A stretch of 64,000 nucleotides of DNA, taken from Saprospiraceae bacterium (GTDB lineage: Bacteria > Bacteroidota > Bacteroidia > Chitinophagales > Saprospiraceae). Where the stretch lies: the NCBI GenBank assembly GCA_029262995.1, contig JAJCYH010000018.1, positions 52,326-116,325 of the forward strand. The letters run 5' to 3'. The position numbers and the translations under genes were made by a program. Below the pieces are notes generated by a model. The model was not told the origin of the DNA and did not search any database. It saw only the letters and a list, made by a program, of their open reading frames with translations. Shown here piece by piece: positions 59,289-64,000 of the stretch (positions within the stretch are counted from its first letter, which is position 1; each line of letters starts with the position of its first letter).

Positions 59289-60200
59289 TTGAAAACAAAA
59301 ATAATAAATAAAGGCTCACAAGTTTTTGCAGGATTAATATTTCTGGCAGCAATATTGATTATATTAATTCCACCCAACAAAAAGATATTTGCAAACGTTT
59401 TAGTTTTCGCTCCACAGGTAATGTTTACTATACTTTTTATCAGCTTTATATTTCTGGTGTTAAATCAAAAAAGCTTGATGATTATTAGTTTGCTAAGCAC
59501 CGCCTTAATTGCATTTTACCTTAAAACTGCTTCTAACAATCATCTGATACTTCCAGATGAAAACAGTTCCTCTAAAATCGAAATAGTTCTAATGAGCTTA
59601 AATTTAACAGAGGAATCCGGTGCCGATATCTTTAGTATTATAAACTCACTAGATGCTGATTTACTAGTACTTCAGGAATACAATCAAATTTGGGATGAAA
59701 AAATAAACAAAACACTTATTAAGTCCTATCCTTATGCACATATGCAAAAAAGGAATGACAATTTTGGAATTGCGATTTATACAAGAAGAAAGATATATAA
59801 TATCGAAAACTTTTATTTTAATGATATTCCAAACATTAAGGTCGTAGTGGATAATGGATCGAGTAAACTAACACTATTATCTTCTCATCTTCCGGCTGAA
59901 TATCCAACCCAAGATCAAAATGCCGATTCCCATCTATCCATACTATCAGAAAAAATCCAGTCAAGTAGATATCCATCCATTGTGATTGGAGATTTCAATA
60001 AAATGTATTGGTCCAACGAATTGATTAAATTCATGAAAAATAGTTCACTTGAAAACAGTAGACGAAGTATCAGTATTGAGAATTTAAATCCTGATGATCA
60101 TATTTTCTATACCAAACGACTAGAGTGTATTGGGTTTCAAGAAATAACTGACTTGAGTAATAACCATCTGGGATTAAAGGGAACTTATCAGATTAAATAA
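59289..60200 (+). CDS. Membrane-anchored endonuclease/exonuclease/phosphatase (EEP) family protein
   Basis: Three N-terminal TM helices followed by EEP motifs (LLVLQEY, GDFN, D-H near the C-terminus). TTG start. Confidence 0.65.
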   Translation: MKTKIINKGSQVFAGLIFLAAILIILIPPNKKIFANVLVFAPQVMFTILFISFIFLVLNQKSLMIISLLSTALIAFYLKTASNNHLILPDENSSSKIEIVLMSLNLTEESGADIFSIINSLDADLLVLQEYNQIWDEKINKTLIKSYPYAHMQKRNDNFGIAIYTRRKIYNIENFYFNDIPNIKVVVDNGSSKLTLLSSHLPAEYPTQDQNADSHLSILSEKIQSSRYPSIVIGDFNKMYWSNELIKFMKNSSLENSRRSISIENLNPDDHIFYTKRLECIGFQEITDLSNNHLGLKGTYQIK

Positions 60201-60673
60201 TGAGTATCAGCAATCAAAAAATAGAATATTTCTTTAAGAGGTTTGATGAGCTGACAACAAAAGAGCTGTACGAAATATTAAAACTAAGGCAAGATATATT
60301 TGTTGTAGAACAAAATTGTCCATACTTAGATTGTGATGACAAAGACTACCAAGCATGGCACCTATGGGCAACCATCGAAAATCATTATTCAGCTTACACT
60401 CGAATTTTACCAAAAGGTATTTCTTATGATGATTACTCTTCAATAGGACGAGTAGCTACCAATAAAGTAAATAGAAATACAGGATTAGGATATAAGATTA
60501 TGGAAAAGACGCTTACGAAGATGAAGTCACTCTTTCCTAACGATACCATAAAAATTTCATCTCAAGTCTATATTATGCCCTTCTATGCAAAATTTGGATT
60601 TGTTGAGGTAGGAGAAGAATACCTTGAAGATGATATCCCTCATCATGCAATGATTTTAAGTTTTGCAAAGTGA
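60200..60673 (+). CDS. GNAT family N-acetyltransferase (ElaA-like)
   Basis: ELYEILKLRQDIFVVEQNCPYLDCDDKDYQAWHL is typical of ElaA-type GNATs. Overlaps the EEP stop by 1 nt. Confidence 0.8.
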   Translation: MSISNQKIEYFFKRFDELTTKELYEILKLRQDIFVVEQNCPYLDCDDKDYQAWHLWATIENHYSAYTRILPKGISYDDYSSIGRVATNKVNRNTGLGYKIMEKTLTKMKSLFPNDTIKISSQVYIMPFYAKFGFVEVGEEYLEDDIPHHAMILSFAK

Positions 60674-61295
60674 CCAATTAAAGGTTTTGGCAATAAGCAA
60701 TCTGCTTTCCAAGGAAACACCTGAAGTAGCAAAATATCTGCTTGGAAAATATCTAATATCAACTATAGACAATAATGAAATTATATGTCGGATTGTCGAA
60801 ACAGAAGCTTATAGAGCACCCGAAGACAAAGCCTCACATGCCTACCAAAACAAAAAAACAGAAAGGACTAAATTCATGTTTGAAAAAGCTGGTATTTCAT
60901 ACGTCTATCTTTGCTATGGCATTCATCACATGCTAAATGTAGTTACTGGACCTAAAGGTTATGCACATGCAGTTTTGATTCGTGCTGTTGAGCCATTAAC
61001 AGGAATTGATCATATCCTCCAAAGAAGGAATATTACGCTTAGCGCAAAATTAACAAATGGCCCAGGCAAGTTATGTCATGCACTAGGAATTAGATACCAA
61101 TATCATAATGCTATTCATCTTTGTGATAAAAGTTCTATGCTGTGGCTTGCAGATAATGACTCTATTGACAAACATCAAATTCTATCAGGGCCTCGTGTTG
61201 GCGTTGCTTATGCTGAAGAATCTGCACATTGGCCATGGAGATATCAGATTAAAGATAACAATTGGACCAGTAGTCCTATGCTGGTAAACTATTAA
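60663..61295 (+). CDS. DNA-3-methyladenine glycosylase (Mpg/AAG family)
   Basis: IVETEAYRAPEDKASHAY and YVYLCYGIHHMLNVV blocks. TTG start. Confidence 0.85.
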   Translation: MQSDQLKVLAISNLLSKETPEVAKYLLGKYLISTIDNNEIICRIVETEAYRAPEDKASHAYQNKKTERTKFMFEKAGISYVYLCYGIHHMLNVVTGPKGYAHAVLIRAVEPLTGIDHILQRRNITLSAKLTNGPGKLCHALGIRYQYHNAIHLCDKSSMLWLADNDSIDKHQILSGPRVGVAYAEESAHWPWRYQIKDNNWTSSPMLVNY

Positions 61296-61431
61296 TGATA
61301 ATAATGAATTCAAAGTCTATTGCACCAAAGGAAAACTAATCTCCTTCAATAAACTTTTGTTAAAAAAACATACATTAAAATTTTATTAGACAAGATGGTG
61401 TTACTTTATTTGCTTAAGCAAACCAAATAAA

Positions 61432-62712
61432 TTGATTAGATCAACATATAAACCACTTATCCTCCTCTTAATGCTATCATATAGTATGAGTTTAAGTGCT
61501 CAAGATTTTGTTTATGATAATAATGTATACCTGGATTACATTAAATCGGTTAAACTAAGTCTAGCAGGGCTGGCAACTTCATATCCTATTGTTGATTTAG
61601 GCTCTTCTTTTCAGGGCAGGATGCTTTTGAGTTTTGATGATATGGAAGGAGGTTACAAACGCTATACATACAGGATTGTGCATTGTAACATGTATTGGCA
61701 ACCCTCTACTGAAATGGAGGAAATTGAATATCTCGATGGTTTTAACGGACAGGATATTGCAGACTACTCTTATTCTACAAATGGATATTCAGATTATACG
61801 CATTACAGGCTAGTCCTTCCCAATAGAGATCTCAAATGGACCGTCTCAGGCAACTATCTTTTAATAGTTTATGATGATGACTTGGAAATTCCTGTATTAA
61901 CCAGGAGATTTATGGTGGCAGAGAACAAGGTAAATATTGGCTACCAGATTCTGAAACCAAGAAATGTTAGAAAAATGGATACGCACCAGGAGTTCAAAGT
62001 GACCATAAGTTATAAAAACTTCCGGATCAGTCAACCGATAAATGAGCTTTATGTTACTGTACTTCAAAATGGAAACTGGAATACAGGCAAACTAAATATG
62101 AGGGGTGAGTATGAAAGAGGTGAAAAACTGTATTTTGATCAGTTTGATAAAATTTCTTTCCCAGCACTAAAAGAATTTAGAAACTTCGACATAAGACCTT
62201 TAAGTTATACAACCGAGTTTGTTACTAGCATTGATAGAGACGAAGTAGAGTCAACCGTTCTATTGGACCTTGGAGAAAAAAGATCCAATCGAAACTTCCT
62301 CGACGAAATTGATGCCAATGGTTTTTTTATACTAGACAATGCAAGATATCAAGATGCATTTGTCTCTAGTGAATACTGTCGAGTAATCTTTTCTTTGGCA
62401 TCTGTAAATCCTTTTGACAGAGATTTATACATCGTAGGTGCTTTTAACGACTGGCAAGCAAAGGAAGAGTACAAACTTACGTATGACACAATAAGACAAA
62501 CATACTTTGGTCAATCCTATTTTAAACAAGGCTACTATGATTATCTATTTGCTCTTCAAAATGAAGATGGAACATTGGATTTTCAGACTATTGAAGGAAG
62601 CTGGTTTGAAACAGAAAATGACTACCAAATCATTGTTTACTACAGAGAATTTGGAAGCTTCTACGACAGAATTCTTGCTGTAAAAAACTTTAACTCCAAC
62701 AGAAGCAACTAA
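61432..62712 (+). CDS. DUF5103 / T9SS plug-like domain protein
   Basis: Signal peptide. The blocks IKSVKL...LLSFDDMEGG...YTYRIVHCNMYWQPS...EYLDGF...YTHYRLVLPN...SGNYLLIVYDDD match my memory of DUF5103 (Pfam T9SS_plug_1st). TTG start. Confidence 0.6.
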   Translation: MIRSTYKPLILLLMLSYSMSLSAQDFVYDNNVYLDYIKSVKLSLAGLATSYPIVDLGSSFQGRMLLSFDDMEGGYKRYTYRIVHCNMYWQPSTEMEEIEYLDGFNGQDIADYSYSTNGYSDYTHYRLVLPNRDLKWTVSGNYLLIVYDDDLEIPVLTRRFMVAENKVNIGYQILKPRNVRKMDTHQEFKVTISYKNFRISQPINELYVTVLQNGNWNTGKLNMRGEYERGEKLYFDQFDKISFPALKEFRNFDIRPLSYTTEFVTSIDRDEVESTVLLDLGEKRSNRNFLDEIDANGFFILDNARYQDAFVSSEYCRVIFSLASVNPFDRDLYIVGAFNDWQAKEEYKLTYDTIRQTYFGQSYFKQGYYDYLFALQNEDGTLDFQTIEGSWFETENDYQIIVYYREFGSFYDRILAVKNFNSNRSN

Positions 62713-62713
62713 C

Positions 62714-63460
62714 TTATTCTTTCTGAAAATTATACTTCAAATCATACAGATGAAGTCCTTCAGGCGGCATCATTTTATAATTATCTATTGACTTATTTTC
62801 TAAAAATATATTTCTGAAATCATCTATCGCAATATTCCCTTTCCCCAATTCAATCAAACGATAAGCTAATATTCTAACCATTGATCTAAGAAATCTGTTA
62901 GCTGTTATTGAAATATAAAATCTTGGGGCATCCAATTCTATTATTTGGGGTGTTGATCTTATTTTACAAATTGTATTTTCATACTTGTCAGGACTTTTGC
63001 AAAATGATCTAAAATCTGACTGCTGCTTCACAAACAACAAAGCTTCTCTTATCAATTCAAAATCTATGTTTCCCTCGATAAGAGTACTGTGATCTCTTAA
63101 AAAAGAATTCTTTGAATTATGAAAATAAAAATGATATGTTCTTGAAACGGCACTGAATCTAGCGTGAACATTTCCATTCACGATCCTATAACCAACTATA
63201 CAAATATCTTCAGGTAAGAATCTATTCAGTCTATATGTAATTTCAGTTGGTAATTTTTGATTGTAATCAAAATGAAAATAAAACCTTTTAGCATGTACCC
63301 CCTTATCTGTCCGACCACAAGATATCGAAGTAATCTGTTCACCAAGTATAACTGACAATGCCCTTTCTATAAATGCTTGGATTGTGTTATCCGTATTGCT
63401 TTGTCTTTGCCATCCGCTATAGGCTGTGCCATCATATTTTATTTCAAATAAATATCTCAC
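62714..63460 (-). CDS. truA: tRNA pseudouridine(38-40) synthase
   Basis: YDGTAYSGWQRQ and catalytic GRTDKGVHA motifs. Confidence 0.92.
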   Translation of the reverse strand: MRYLFEIKYDGTAYSGWQRQSNTDNTIQAFIERALSVILGEQITSISCGRTDKGVHAKRFYFHFDYNQKLPTEITYRLNRFLPEDICIVGYRIVNGNVHARFSAVSRTYHFYFHNSKNSFLRDHSTLIEGNIDFELIREALLFVKQQSDFRSFCKSPDKYENTICKIRSTPQIIELDAPRFYISITANRFLRSMVRILAYRLIELGKGNIAIDDFRNIFLENKSIDNYKMMPPEGLHLYDLKYNFQKE

Positions 63461-63472
63461 TTTAAATCTTTA

Positions 63473-64000
63473 TTAGGAGACTTCTTTTCGCAATACTTCA
63501 AGTGGCGATTTATTGATGACATCCCTACTGTTTAGTAAGCCAATACCAACTGTTAATGAAACTATTAAGATAAATATTAATACTATGGGTGTCCAGTTCA
63601 ATGAGAATTGAAGGTCAAGTTGATACGTTGCAATCATATAACTTCCAAAAATCGCCAACACAATTCCCGTAAGTGCAGATAACACTCCGATCATCAGATA
63701 TTCAGTTGCATTTATAGTAAATATCTGTTTGTGGCTAGCGCCCAAAGTTCTCAACAATACACTCTCTTGTATCCTCTGATACTTACTAAGTAAGAGTGAA
63801 CTGAGCAATACAATTAATCCTGTGAGAATACTAAAGCCTGCCATGAATTTTATAACATAGGAAATCTTGGAAAGAATGTCATTTAATGTCGTCAAGATAG
63901 AAGCCAGATCTACAACTGATATATTTGGAAATCGCTTTACAACTTCTTTTCTGTACTCCGCCATTACACTATTATTAGGTGACTTAGTGACAAGTACATG
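63473..64000 (-). CDS. FtsX-like ABC transporter permease, C-terminal part (5' end lies beyond the window)
   Basis: The reading frame stays open upstream of the track Met to position 64000. The C-terminal FtsX domain has three or four TM helices (LLRTLGASHKQI...). Confidence 0.7.
   Translation of the reverse strand, partial: HVLVTKSPNNSVMAEYRKEVVKRFPNISVVDLASILTTLNDILSKISYVIKFMAGFSILTGLIVLLSSLLLSKYQRIQESVLLRTLGASHKQIFTINATEYLMIGVLSALTGIVLAIFGSYMIATYQLDLQFSLNWTPIVLIFILIVSLTVGIGLLNSRDVINKSPLEVLRKEVS

Noticed and set aside
1-64000. Mobile elements, prophage, genomic island or defence system
   Set aside because: I recognised no integrase, transposase, recombinase, phage structural genes, toxin-antitoxin pairs, restriction-modification genes or flanking direct repeats. 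Gene content and compositional feel are uniform.

Overview
AT-rich chromosomal segment that looks like Bacteroidota: fused lpxC-fabZ, several type IX secretion (T9SS) C-terminal sorting domains, TAnnTTTG-type -7 boxes and almost no Shine-Dalgarno signals. Most of it is housekeeping. It holds the start of an Alternative Complex III operon (actA-actB), thyA, an alanine/glycine:cation symporter, folK, a deoxynucleoside kinase, lysS, a parE-like topoisomerase subunit and queE. It also holds a complete Na+-NQR operon (nqrABCDEF), lpxD-lpxC/fabZ-lpxA, hemC/hemD, adk, rplY, prs, rlmB, asd, a methyladenine glycosylase and truA. Interspersed are four large secreted proteins with T9SS-type C-termini: an 1853-aa Cys-repeat protein, a 1743-aa HYR/P-domain/dockerin/cohesin protein, an M36 fungalysin-like protease and a lamin-tail-domain protein. 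There is also a DUF5103 (T9SS plug-like) gene and a five-gene ECF sigma module. I saw no rRNA, tRNA, CRISPR array, transposase or integrase. Two signals are not explained by the gene list. (1) A 322-nt array of 46 degenerate heptanucleotide units (TGAGGNN) begins inside the last codons of parE and fills most of the gap to the ECF module. (2) A 25-nt palindromic motif (ATTATTTAGATATyrTCTAAA...) occurs twice, once upstream of the ACIII operon and once upstream of the NQR operon, at positions differing by 10 bp relative to candidate -7 boxes. This suggests a shared operator for respiratory complexes. Smaller oddities are a membrane-anchor extension on NqrA, a monohaem domain fused to ActA, and a DnaQ-like protein with substituted catalytic residues wedged between hemC and hemD. 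All functional calls rest on motif recognition by eye; no database search was possible.
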